From contig NC_043004.1 in NCBI RefSeq assembly GCF_006345805.1, positions 76,012,001 to 76,076,000 of the forward strand: a stretch of DNA of 64,000 nucleotides. Direction: 5' to 3'. Positions 38,601-51,900 of this stretch are shown here, in pieces; within the stretch, counting starts at the first letter, position 1; every line of letters begins with the position of its first letter. The stretch is from Octopus sinensis. Lineage: Eukaryota. The notes below the pieces were generated by a model. It did not search any database and was not told the DNA's origin. It was given only the letters and a program-made list of their open reading frames with translations. The position numbers and the translations under genes are program-made.

Positions 38601-41600
38601 GGCACAAGTTGTCTTTTGACAGATGGTAGATACAGCTTTAAGAAGGAAAATAAAGAATATATGATAAACAGCAACCTATCTATTTTTCTATATGAGCACA
38701 AGACTAGCGCTTATTATGATTTATAATGTTTATATTAAACATTTTAGTCAATGATTTATAATTACATACCAGTAGCATACGTATAACTTTTCAAAATCAG
38801 CTAAATTTTTGGAAAGAAAATGGATATTTACAAGAACCATAAAAAATTGAAACAAGTTAAAATTTAGTTTCCTTCATCCAACAAATCATTACCAAATTAA
38901 ATAAATAAAAATAAATTAAATATATAAAATGTATTAACGTACCAAGACAACCAGTTTTGATATTGGAACCTTTACCAACCAAGCTACCCATACCAACAGG
39001 TTTGTCATTCAGACGTATAGAAGCCAAGCAGCCTTTAAATCCATGAGTAGAACTTAATCGTTCAGCAATTTTCCCTTTCAGTAAAGATTTGGGCATCCCA
39101 CCTAGATAGAGAGGACCATCTAAATCAAGTTCGTCTGACTTTTGTTGGTTATAAATCACCTCAGAACCATCAACGTGCGCAATAAGTTGCTGGGGTGTGT
39201 CAAAGTTGATTTTCACCGAGTGCCATTTGTCATCGCTAACATCAAGGGAGTTCAAATGGATGGATGTTGGGTTTCCGCCTCTGTCGTAGACAAGCCACAG
39301 ATTGCGTTTGAAGATTTCTAGTGCGATGAATTCATCGTTCATACCATTGTTGAAGAGAAGGATTCCACTGGATTCTTTAGTTTTAAACATTAATTCAATA
39401 ATGTTTCCTAAAGAATTCAGTTTTGGTAAACGAACAAAGTTTTTGATGTTTGGGATAGTGATGGGGTTGTAGACAATAGAAGGCAGACGATTCGTATTGT
39501 TGACAAAGACAAGAGTGGTACGAGGTTCTCGCTGTTCCATAGAGAAAACGTCATGTCCATTGTAGAAAAGATTCTGCAAGAAACCAACAAAGTAGCCGCC
39601 ATCTGGACTTCCTCCTTTGGCTGAAGCAATGTCCAATCGCTTCATGATGAAATAAAATCCTTTACCATCAACCCGACCTGAAATTAAACAAAAACATTTG
39701 AGAAACAGGTGCTAAAAAAAATGGAGTTATCATGTAACCAATCAGAACTTAAAGCATCATTTTCATTGAGAGGTACCTGGATTTGCAAAGTAAATTATAG
39801 CAGTGTCTATGTTCACATATAAACTTACATGTAGTAGTGTTTACAATAACATGTAGTAAAGTAAAATTGGGTAAAGACTCCCTTCGGTCATGAATGAACA
39901 TAGGATTGCACCTAGAAAGTTCCCCTCGGAGGCATAAGTCCGGGCAAGGTTTTTTTGTGGAAGACCAGCAATTGCCCATGCATACCAGTTTCCCCTCTCC
40001 ACACCATTGATGATATCCAAGGGAAAGGCAAAGGGGCCGATACAGCTTGGCACCAGTGATGCTGCAACTCATTCCTACAGCTGAGTGAATTGGAGCACCA
40101 TGAAATAAAGTATCTTGCTCAAGAACACAACACTGAGCTTGGTCTGGGAGTTGAACTCACTACCTCATGATTGTGAGCCTGACACACTAATCACTGAGCC
40201 TACGGTATTGGTCAAGAATTCAATATATGAGAAAAAAATTATTAACTCAAATCAAATTTACCTTCACTTGCTTTGCCATTATCAACTTTAAGATATAATT
40301 GGTTCCCCTTCCTTTTCAGTTGCATGGTGTGCCATTTCTGGTCATTCAAATCAGAACCAGCCCGAAGAACCTAGAAATTGGAAAAAAAAAAAAAGAAAAA
40401 AGAAAAACAAATGAACAACACCGTGGTAGAAGTGTTATCTACAGAATGGAGGAAATGGATACTGGACACCTTTCCAGTCACAAACACTAAAGTACTTTTG
40501 TAGTTGTCAAGCTTTGGTTGTTGTTGAAATACTAAGATGGCATTCCCCTCATCCCTCCAGTCAATAAGCCTGTCGTTTGCCTTAATATTTTCTCCACTTC
40601 AGAGAAATTCTTCATTCTTGAGATTGTCTCCCCTTCTCATAAGGCGCCAGTCTTAACTGTCATTGTCTAAAGGCAGAGATAATTCTAATAAATCGATAAT
40701 TTATATTGTATGGTACGTGACATATTTGTATTTGCCTATGTTGTCCTAATATTTGCCACTGGCCACTTTGAGTTATTTCCCTTGGCTTGTTTGCGTTTAA
40801 ATTATGCAAACCACCTCAAACATAAATGCGTTCAACTCTTTTTCTAATATAAGTCAAAGTCCCCCTGGCTTTGTACATTTGGTGTGCTCATGCTGGCTAT
40901 TGAGCCAGAAACACATGCCCATGACTGTCCTCTTAACTCCAGCCAATAAGCCTGTCCTTTACCTTAAATGGCATGTTGACTTCGGAGAAATTTCAATTCT
41001 TGAGCTTATTTTCTCTTCCTCAAGTGGAGCTGGTTTTAATTGCTACTAGCAGTATCGCCCGGCGTTGCTCGGGTTTGTAAGGGAAATAACTATAAAGCAT
41101 TTTTAGAGAGTTATAGCCAAAAAATGGAAAAAAAATGATGGTAAATTTTTTTTTAGTTAAAAAGGTCGAGTTGCGTCCCCTAGACAGTCTGTGGTTTGTG
41201 TTTCTGATTCTCGACCCTATGTCGAATTTATCGATTTTTTTCAGAACTGGGGGAACTTTTCAAAATTTTCGCTGCGTTAGTTTTGAATTATGACATTGGG
41301 CTATGTGTGTGTCAAGTTTCATCAGAATCGGTTGAAAGCCGTGGTCAGGGTGAGGGTACAACCTGACAGACACACAGAAACACACACAGACAAACTGCCG
41401 TTTATATATAGAGAGATTTGGTTATTATGACATACAGACATAAATGAATTTATAAAGTAAACTTAGATGTAATATATATATATATATCATGAAATGCGTG
41501 TAGTCAATTTATTATTTTTTAATTTATTGATTTTTTGAATAATGTTTATTATAGTATAATTAAATTTTTTCTATATGATATAGATAATGTCTTTCACTAT

Positions 41601-44600
41601 TGAATTTTGTAACAGAGGTTATTTCTCTTAATCATATACATACATACATATATATATATATATTTTGCCATGAAGGATCGCTAGCCTCTAAACCCTTTTT
41701 TATTTTCTCTCTCTGCCTATTTCTGTGTTCCTTTCTGTTGAAGAGCGTAGGCTCAAAACGTAAAAGACTTTCTCACTTCCCAAGCATAAAACTAATACAT
41801 CTGTTTGTTGTTTACACACCTGTCTTCGTTTTTTCTTTTGTTTTTTTTTTGTAAATTCCAACTATACACACACACATGCACACACATATAGACACATATG
41901 TATATAATTTTAGTATTTTTTTTTTATTATGGCCTGGTTCCAAATTGGGTCGCAACAACTAAGTCTACCCATCGCACTTCTTGGTCCATCGTCACTGCCT
42001 TGAGGTCCAGGATACCATTCCAGGCCAGTGTCTGCAATTCAGTTGCCGACAACATTTTCCTCTTATAAATGAATTTATAATATAAATTTACAGTTAATGT
42101 AAAGAGCATTTCCAAAATATTCTTTAATACCATTAAAAAAACTATTTTTTTACCTTTCTTTGGCCGTTGACTGTTATAATAAGTTTCAAAATTCCATTTT
42201 CAAGTACAGCCATTGCGCTGTCTGTGGAATTTTCAGCTGTCGTATGGAACAGGGTAGTGTTACTGAGATGTGTCTTGAAGCGTAGGGAAATATCATTTGT
42301 ATGAGAGCGTATAGCATCAGCAAAGATAACCCAGGCCCCTTTGGTGCCATCAAACATGGTGACAGGAGCAGCTGTAAAAGAGATTCATTTATGGATCAAG
42401 TATTTATAAAGTCTTGCTATTGTGCTTTGCAATTAACTCCTATTTTAATTTATGAAGATTATGTCTGACAGGCATTAGATTTATTATTTGAGAAGACCTG
42501 TCAAGCCTGATGAAATCGTAGTTGTGGACGATGCTAGTGGTGGGTAGCTGGCACCACCACTGCCTGACAACTGCTGCTGGTGTGCTTATATCCCCATAAC
42601 TTAGTGGTTCGGCAAAAGAGACCGACAGAATTAATACTAGACTTTAAAAAAATTAAGTATCGGGGTCGATTCGTTTAACTAAAACAATTCTCCAGGGCAG
42701 TGCTCCAGCTTGGCAGCAGTCTAATGACTGAAACGAATAAAAGATAAAAATCTAGATGTCCCGTATTTGTGTAATGAAATGGAACACATTGAAGTTGATC
42801 AAATGAAATAAATTCTAAATACCTTGACCACAATTGGGGCCAGTGAAAGGCTCGTTGGTACAGTCACAACTATAACCATTCCAGTAGTCAATGCAGTTGC
42901 CATTTTTACATGTTGTGCTGTCACACTGGGGTACAATAGGGTAACAACGAGCATCGATAGCGCGACCGAGCTGGAATCTTCCCACATTACTGAGAAGGTT
43001 GGTTCTGATACGGTTCATCTAAAAGAGAGAAAAAGAAAAAGAAAATATTCATTAAATGTAAAAGAAAATGGTAATTAAGTGATGGAAGTGATGACGATAA
43101 TGAGGATGATGATGATGACAGTGATGAGGACAATGATGAATGATGACGATGATGATGATAATTGCAATAATGATGATAATATACGCTGATGATGATGATG
43201 ATGATATAGATGACAACGGAAATGATAAAGATGGTGATGATGGTGATGATGATGATGATGACAGTGATGTGGACAATGATGTTGATGATGATGATAAGGG
43301 GAAGGACAAGTTAACTCACCTGCACATTCAGCAAACAACCTTGGTATCCCTTCTTAGCCCAAAGGTCCCATGGCAGTCTGTTAGCATTTGGTACCCAACC
43401 AACATACATTGGACCTGCCAGTGGCCGATTCTGTCTTTCGTTGAGATTCAGACGAACACTCTTCTTCTTGTTATCCAATTCCAACTTCAGAAATGTCTTC
43501 AGGGGGTTAATCGTGACGGTGGCTTCGTGAGCTTGACGATCGTTAACAATGGTATCAAAGAAGCTGACTCGTTTGCTTCCATCACCAAAATTGTAGACAA
43601 AGTAGAGTTTCCCTTCAGATATTTCAACGGCCGCATAGTAGCGTGGGTCGCCATTGTAGAACATCAAACCTTCAGGGTCATTGGTGTAGAACTTGAACTT
43701 GAGTTGACCCCCTTGGGAGACGTCCCAAGCATCGGTCTCCACATAGCTCTGATGACGCACAAACGTTATTGGAGAGAACGTGTTGGGTGGCGTTTGTGAA
43801 GGAGTGATGAATATAGGGGTGTGGGTCGTTGTTGGATGGACCCCGTGGATAATCTGTGGGTTCATATTCAGAATGTCCAAAACATATCGGCCAGATGTGT
43901 AGATCAGCTGAAAGGAGGAATAAAAAAAAGGGTTGAATCAGTGATTGTTGCGGGGTTAGTAGTAGTAGTAGTAGTAGTAGTAGCAGCAGCAGCGGCTATA
44001 ATGATTATGATAGGCACAGGTATGGCTGTGTGGTTAAGAAGCTCACTTTGTCACAATGTGGTTTTGGGTTCAGTCCCACTGTACAACACCTTGGGAAATG
44101 CTGCCAAGCGTTTTGTCCAGCATGCTAACAATTCTTATTTCTTTATTGCCCACAAGGGGATAAACAAGGACAGTCAAAGGGATTAAGACGATTACATCGA
44201 CCCCAGTGCATAACTAGTACTTAATTTATCGACCCCGAAAGGATGAAAGGCAAAGTCGACCTTGGTAGAATTTGAACATGGAACGTAACGGCAGACGAAA
44301 TACCGCTAAGCATTTCGCCTGGCGTGCTAACGATTCCGCTAGCTTGCTGCTGCTTCTGATGACAGTGATGATGATTATTCCACAAGACCTGGAATTTGGG
44401 GGAGGGGATTAGTTGATTACATCGGCTTCCCCCAGTGCATCACTGGTACTTATTTCAATGACCCCCCAAAAGGACGAAAGGCAAAGCCGAATTCAGTGGA
44501 ATTTGAACTCAACAGAAGAAACGGTGCTGAACATTTTTGCCTAGCATGCTAAAGACCCTACCAGCTCACCACCTTAACAACAACAACAGCAGTGGAGGCA

Positions 44601-45330
44601 CAATGGCCCAGTGGTTAGGGCAGCGGACTCATGGTTGGAGGATCGCGGTTTCGGTTCCCAGACCGGGCGTTGTGTGTGTTTATTGAGCGAAAACACCTAA
44701 AGCTCCATGAGGCTCCGGCAGGGGGTGGTGGTGATCCCTGTTGTACTCTTTTGCTACAACTTTCTCTCACTCTTTCTTCCTGTTTCTTGTCCCCAACTTC
44801 CTACGCAACTGCTGAGCCTGAATTTGCATTCATCCATTAGTTGATGCTCTCGGTGACAGGGGTTGACCTGTTTTCTCTTCTGCGGGTCTTACGAATAGCA
44901 AAGGACCACGTTTCGGACTTCTCTCACTAATGGGACAAAGACCGCTTCACTCAAAAACAAACAAACAGCAACAACAACAACAACAACTGATGTGGCAGTA
45001 CCAAGATACCAACATGTTATATTGAACGAAAGAGAAAAAAGTTCGACAAATACGGAGATCTGAAGATTGGTAGTTGTGAGAGTCAAACATAAAGGTCGTT
45101 CTTGAAGAAACATCTGGACACAGGAGAAATACCCTACAATCTTGGTGTATTGCAAGAATCAGTTTTACTTGGAACTACATGCATAGAGCATAAAGTACTA
45201 TAAGTCTGTGATACTTGTTGTGACTTAACAGATGGCACAAATTGCTGGCACACACAATATATTCAAACTACAACATCACAACGCCCTCAATAACAATAAC
45301 AATAACAATAACAATAACAAAAACAATAAC

Positions 45331-45370
<40 letters not shown>

Positions 45371-47271
45371 GCCCTGATGCAGTACCAGGCAGTGGCTCTC
45401 GTGGCTTCTGATCTTAACAGACTGGAAGTGTTATCATGTACGTGTTTTGTCTTGGTATAAAAGATGGGCTACAGCAAATATTCTGCTCAGTACCTCAGAT
45501 TTGCTTGTCAGTTATTTGACCGTAACCAGTTGACCATGTCCCTTAGTGGCTGACGATATGTGCATCTTTGATCACGAGCAGAAGTATTCGGGGAGCATCA
45601 TGTGGCATGTGCTGAGATGGATTCTTTGGGGTTTGAATAATTCACTTCTGGAAACATGGGTGTTTCGTTCAACATCCTTAACCCTTTCGTTACTATATTT
45701 CTGACCAAAATACACCCCTTATGTGTTTCAATTAATTTCTAACATAATCATAAATTTAGTCTGGTTTCATTAAACAACTATAACTTTTTTATTTATCAAT
45801 ATATTAATGTGATTTTTGGAAGATAATTTAATGAAATGTTCTCAACCAATTCTATACTATAATTTTTGTCACAAAGTGACTCTAATTGCAGGTAGATACA
45901 GGTAAATTCAACAAAATATAAAATTATTAAAATTTTGTTCAAACATCGCTATAGAAAATGGGTTATTAGCTAATATTCAATTGGGTATACAACAAAATTT
46001 TACGATAGAATTTGTTATTCTGGGTAACTTTCTGATACCCATAATAATATTTATGGCAAAATAGTCTTAATTTCATTTAAGGTTTTGGGAAACCACTAAC
46101 TATCCTTTCTTTCGCTTTGTTTACATTTAGCGCAACGGTTCGTTTCTGCCGTAATGAGTTCAAATAGACTCATCGGAAAAAGTAAAAAGAAATAGTCTAT
46201 CACTTTACTCTCCTGGGAAAGTCTGTGGCTTGGTCCAGTTTCTTCAGAAAAATCACCAAAAGAAACAGTTTTTAAATTTTCACTCCATTCAGGTGCCAAT
46301 TCATTTTCTTTATCGCTGTCGGAGCTCTCGGATTCACTGTTTTCACTTTCGGAAAATGAAACATCAGATTCATTATCAAATACCACGTGCTTTTTTTTTT
46401 CAATCATAGAGTTAGATTTATCAAGGTCTTCAGTAGAAAATCCTTCGAATTCTGACTCGCTGCTTGATATAATGAAATTCGAATCCATTTTTTGTCAGAA
46501 TTACAAATTTTGAAAACACAATAGGAACAAATTTCGGAAAAAAATCTCCCAAAATTCACGGAATTAAAATTACACTTCGATCGTTGTACAAAACTGTAGA
46601 TGAACTGTTTACGAAGTATAATCAGGTGTTTTCACAAATGTACTAGAGATTTGCTCTGATATTCTCATTTAAATATGAATAGGTAAATATGGGCGGGTTT
46701 GGGCGGTTTGGTCACATTAACCAAAATTTTTTTCGGGCGGCTTTGGGCAGTTTGGTAACGAAAGGGTTAAACAACCCTTATTCAGGGACCTTTTGAGCGG
46801 GATGGGTTACTCGACGAGAAGGAAATTCTAACTGGGCCCCACCTGCAAGGTCATGCGCTGTTTATCTTGATATGAGATCACCGTGTTGCGCACATATGTT
46901 TGTGATGCATGTACCTAGTGTACCCTTATCAGACGGGTAGTCATGATGGGTATACTGGGCTTCGTATATTTTACCCGTGTCACTTTGATGGCATGCACTG
47001 CTCTCTCACTCAATAATTATAATAATGATGGTTTCAAATTTTGTGACAAAGGCAGTCATTTTGTGGGGAGGGAATGAGTCGATTACATCAACCCCAGTAT
47101 TTCACTGGTACCTACTTTTATTGACTCTGAAAGGATGAAAGGCAAAGTCAACCTTGGTGGAATTTGAACTCAGAGCAAAAAGACAGACAGAATACCGGTA
47201 AGCATTTTGCCCAGTATGCTAAGGAGCCTGCCAGCTCACTGCCTCCTCCTCCTACTACTACTACAACAACA

Positions 47272-47305
<34 letters not shown>

Positions 47306-48403
47306 ATAATAATAATAATAAACTTGCAGCTTACATTGCCTGCAATACCCTTGAAGTTTTTGTTAACCTCTGATGAGGTGTAGTCAATGTTATCAGGGGT
47401 TCCACCAATGAAGATGTAGTCTTTGGGTTGTAATAGACTGATGGAAATTGGCAGACTGAAAGCTTGTCTGTAGATGTCATCAACACTCCAGTAAACCTGT
47501 GAAGATAAAAAGATGAAGAAAAGTTTTAAAAATTAATGTTTTGAGGTGTATAAATAGATATGTATATATATATATATCTAGGGGGAAAACAAGAAGAAAA
47601 TGGAGAATAAGTAGTTGTAATTAATAATTTATTTGTATGTTAAAAAAGATGACATTAAAAAAAATAACAGTACAAATAAATTGATTAGAAATTGAGAGCT
47701 CAAAGAAAAATAAATTAAAATAAACGAAACCTACATATATGTTTCAGTTCTATCACCTAGTTGATGGGAATTTCGAAGCATTTGGTTTAATGCGAAGAAA
47801 AATTACCACATTCTAACTATATGGTGGTAGGACTTCTTCAGGGTAAATGATTACTTAGATAATCATTTTCTTTTGAGGGGAGTATAGAGTATGAGTTATA
47901 TCATCATCATCGTTTAACGTCCGCTTTCCATGCTAGCATGGGTTGGATGGTTCAACTGGGGTCTGGAAACCCCAAAGCTGCACCAGGCCAGTCAGATCTG
48001 GCAGTGTTTCTACAGCTGGATGCCCTTCCTAATGCCAACCACTCCGAGAGTGTAGTGGGTAATTTTATGTGCCACCGACACAGGTGCCAGACGAGGCTGG
48101 CGAACGGCCATGCTCGGATGGTGTTTTTTATGTGCCACCGACACAGGTGCCAGACGAGGCTGGCGAATGGCCATGCTCAGATGGTGTTTTTTTATGTGCC
48201 ACTGACACAGGTGCCAGACGAGGCTGGCGAACGGCCACGATCGGATGGTGTTTGTTACGTGCCCACAGCATGGAGGCCAGTCGATGCGGTACTGGCTACG
48301 GCCACGTTCGGATGGTTTTCTTATGTGCCACCGGCACTGGTACCACAAAGATACAAATTCCATTGATGTTCATCGATTTTGATTTGGTTTGATTTTGATT
48401 TTG

Positions 48404-48447
<44 letters not shown>

Positions 48448-48906
48448 GAAATATTAAAATTACTAAGTCTCTCTAAAAGAGAACAGCGGCAGCGTTCCCG
48501 GAAAATAATAGTTATCGCCATACTAATATGGCATTCTTATAAAAATAAGAAAAAAGCTGTCCGCTTATTAGCTCCATGAGGCCATCGCCTTAAGTTAGCT
48601 ATTTGATACACAAACTGTATCCATATAACATTCGAACAAGGGAGGTCAGTCGCTCCACACTACTTGACCGGCAGCTACAGACGCATTTCGGGGTATTGCC
48701 CCTTTTCAATGCAGCATAGCAATACCCCGAAACGCGTCTGTAGCTGCCGGTCAAGTAGTGTGGAGCGACTGACCTCCCTTGTTCGAAGGTTATATGGATA
48801 CAGTTTGTGTATCAAATAGCTAACTTAAGGCGATGGCCTCATGGAGCTAATAAGCGGACAGCTTTTTTCTTATTTTTATAAGAATGCCATATTAGTATGG
48901 CGATAA

Positions 48907-48949
<43 letters not shown>

Positions 48950-51900
48950 AGAATTCACAAAAGACGAAGACAGGTGGTGTAGACAACAAACAGATGTATT
49001 AGTATAATGCTCGGGAAGTGAAAAAGTCTTTAACGTTTCGAGCCTATGTTCTTCCACAGAAAGGAACAAGGAGAGAAAATAAAGAATGTGTAGTGGCTAG
49101 TGATGTATCATGATGAAAATATATATAATCAGAAAATGGAGAAAACTTTTGATTAACAAACAAACAAATTGGATCACATCTGTAGATTATTTTTTAATAG
49201 CCCATTATCGTTACGATAGTAACAAGGAATATTAGAAACTGATACAGAGACCACATCAAAGTTATTGAGTGTGTGTGCTTACGGTGGTGTGTTACTAAAC
49301 TCTCTACTCTGAGTTTGGGTGAGTGAGTGTCGTGTCAATAGCATCGAGGTACAATTATTTTCAGTTGGATTTTCAACCTTACTGCACCTTACTGGCACTT
49401 GTGCCACCAGCGTCGCCTTACTGGCACTTGTGCCACCAGTGTCGCTTTACTGGCACTTGTACCCGTGCTAGTAGGGTGCCAAGAGCACCATCCGATGTCG
49501 AAACAAAGAAAATGATATACTAACTTCAAAAATGGTCAGGGTGGCGCTTATGATACTCTTTTACTAAACACATCAATTGTAATATGTGTTTTACAAGTGT
49601 TTGTGTGTGTGTGTGGAGGGTAAATGTCATGATGTATGCATGTGAATACTTTCAAATGTGGTGTGAGTGTATGGAAGGAAAAATACATTTACTCTCATCA
49701 CATCCATTTTCTATGCTGGCATGGGTTGGACAGTTTGATAGGAGCTGACCAGCTGGGGAGCTGCACTAGACTGCAACTGTCTGTTTCAACATGATTTCTA
49801 TGGCTGTGTGCCCTTTCTAATGCCAATATCTTTACAGAGTACATTGGGTGCTTTTTATGTGGCACACCATGGGAGTTTTCTGTATGGTGGCACCATGTTA
49901 AAAACTTTGGCACTGGTGTAACATTTGTGTGTGTACATGCATATTTTTGTCAGTTTGGTATGAGTATTTATGTATATGTGTTCATGAGCGAATGCTAAAT
50001 GTGCCTGTGTGTGTGTGTGTGTGTGTTTCTGTATGTGTGTGTGTGTGTGCATGCGTTTGCATGTGTTCGGACTTGTATGTGTGTATATGCCTGTGTGTGT
50101 GTGTGTGTGTTTCTGTGTTTACATGTGTGTATGTGTGTGTGCATGTGTCTTTGTATGTGTGTATGTGCTTGTGTGTGTGTATGTGTTTGTGTACACATCT
50201 GTGTGTGTGTGTGTTTGTGTGTGCATGCGTTTGCATGTGTGTGTAAATGTTAAATCCATGCAAGTGTGAGCAGGAATATAGCAAAATGAAGGAAAAAAGG
50301 AGACAAGAAACAAAAGGAAACAAACTGCCTCACCTCGTGGCCATCTCTTCGCAAGAGGACATTGTGCATTTGGCCATCATTAAATGTGACATTACTTGGC
50401 TTCTTCATCTTCCATCTGTATTTCTGGCCATCAGGTCCAATGATAATCAGGAAAAGGTCACCATCCTACAAGAGACCCAAAGAGATTTTATCACAAAACA
50501 ATTGATAAAACACTGATGAAATTTGTTCATTTCTGTATTTTGTTTGCAGATTTCTTTTCCATTTATTTATGAATTTTTAAAAACAGATTATATATATAAG
50601 CCTCAATAGCTTCTTTTTCAGAAAAATTATTTTGCAGAGGGCAGCACTCAAATGATGGAGATGACAGTGGCCTGCATCCTTCTTACTGTCCTATTTCAGC
50701 TTCTATAGATTCAAATTGAAAACCCATCTGAGAAATACAAATAAATGTGCTCTGTACATTTCCTAAAATTCAAATAATGTAGTTTGAACTACAGTAATGT
50801 GAGGTTCCATAGAGAAAGAACTCACCATTGGGAGTCACTGGTGACTCTCATGGTATAATAAAAATGCAGTATGGGGTGTCACTGGTGACTCCCATGGTAT
50901 ACCAAAAACATAGTGTGGAGAGTCACTTATGATTCCTATGGTATATTAAGAATATAACACTGGTGAGTCTTATAGTTTATCAAAAATATAGTGTGGAAAG
51001 TCATTTATGACTCCCATGATATATTAAGTATATAATGGGAGGAGTCACTGGTGACTCCTGTGGTATATTAAAAATGTGGTGTGGAGAGTTACTGGTGACT
51101 CCCATCATATATTAAAAATATAGTGTGGTGAGTCACTGATGACTCTCATGGCATAAGAATGCAGCATGGGGTGTCACTGGCGACTCCCATGGTATATCAA
51201 AAACAAAGTGTGGAAAGTCACTTATGATTCATATGGTATATTAAGAATATAACACCGGTGACTCTTATAGTTTATCAAAAATATAGTGTGGAAAGTCATT
51301 TATGACTCCCAAGATATATTAAGAATATAATGTGAGTAGTCACTGGTGACTCATGTGGTATATTAAAAATGTGGTGTGGAGAGTCACTGGTGACTCCCAT
51401 GGTATATTAAGAATATAGTGTGGTGAGTCACTGATGACTCACATGGTATATTAAGAATATAGCATGGGGAGTCACTGGTGACTCCTATGGTAAGTTGAGT
51501 GTTAAAGTTATTTGTTTGAATTTTCTAGTAACACAACTTCAGAAAAAGTACTCACCTTGATGTACAAAAATATTTTACGTGAGCTGTCAAGGGCATACCA
51601 TAAAAGACCTTCCCTTTGAGAAAGATCATTCTTGAATTTTAATTTGAATTGTTCCTTATTCGGAGAAACATGGTGAGTATCATTCCGGATAGAAATGTTG
51701 AAACCATAGTAACTGTTTCCACTTAGAGTGATAGTCTGTTCAGCTGAAATGAAAAAACAAAAAATGATTTTAATATACACAGCTATATCTATGCATATTT
51801 ATATAACACATATATGATATATATTTTTGCACACATATGCATCTGTAAATATACAGATGTATATATAGTCACATATTTATATATATGGGGAGCAGTTTTT

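Noticed and set aside
41927-42133. ORF just downstream of a LamG exon as a further exon
   Set aside because: It does not continue the LamG fold, whereas 40370-40262 does; it looks like a LINE 3' remnant.
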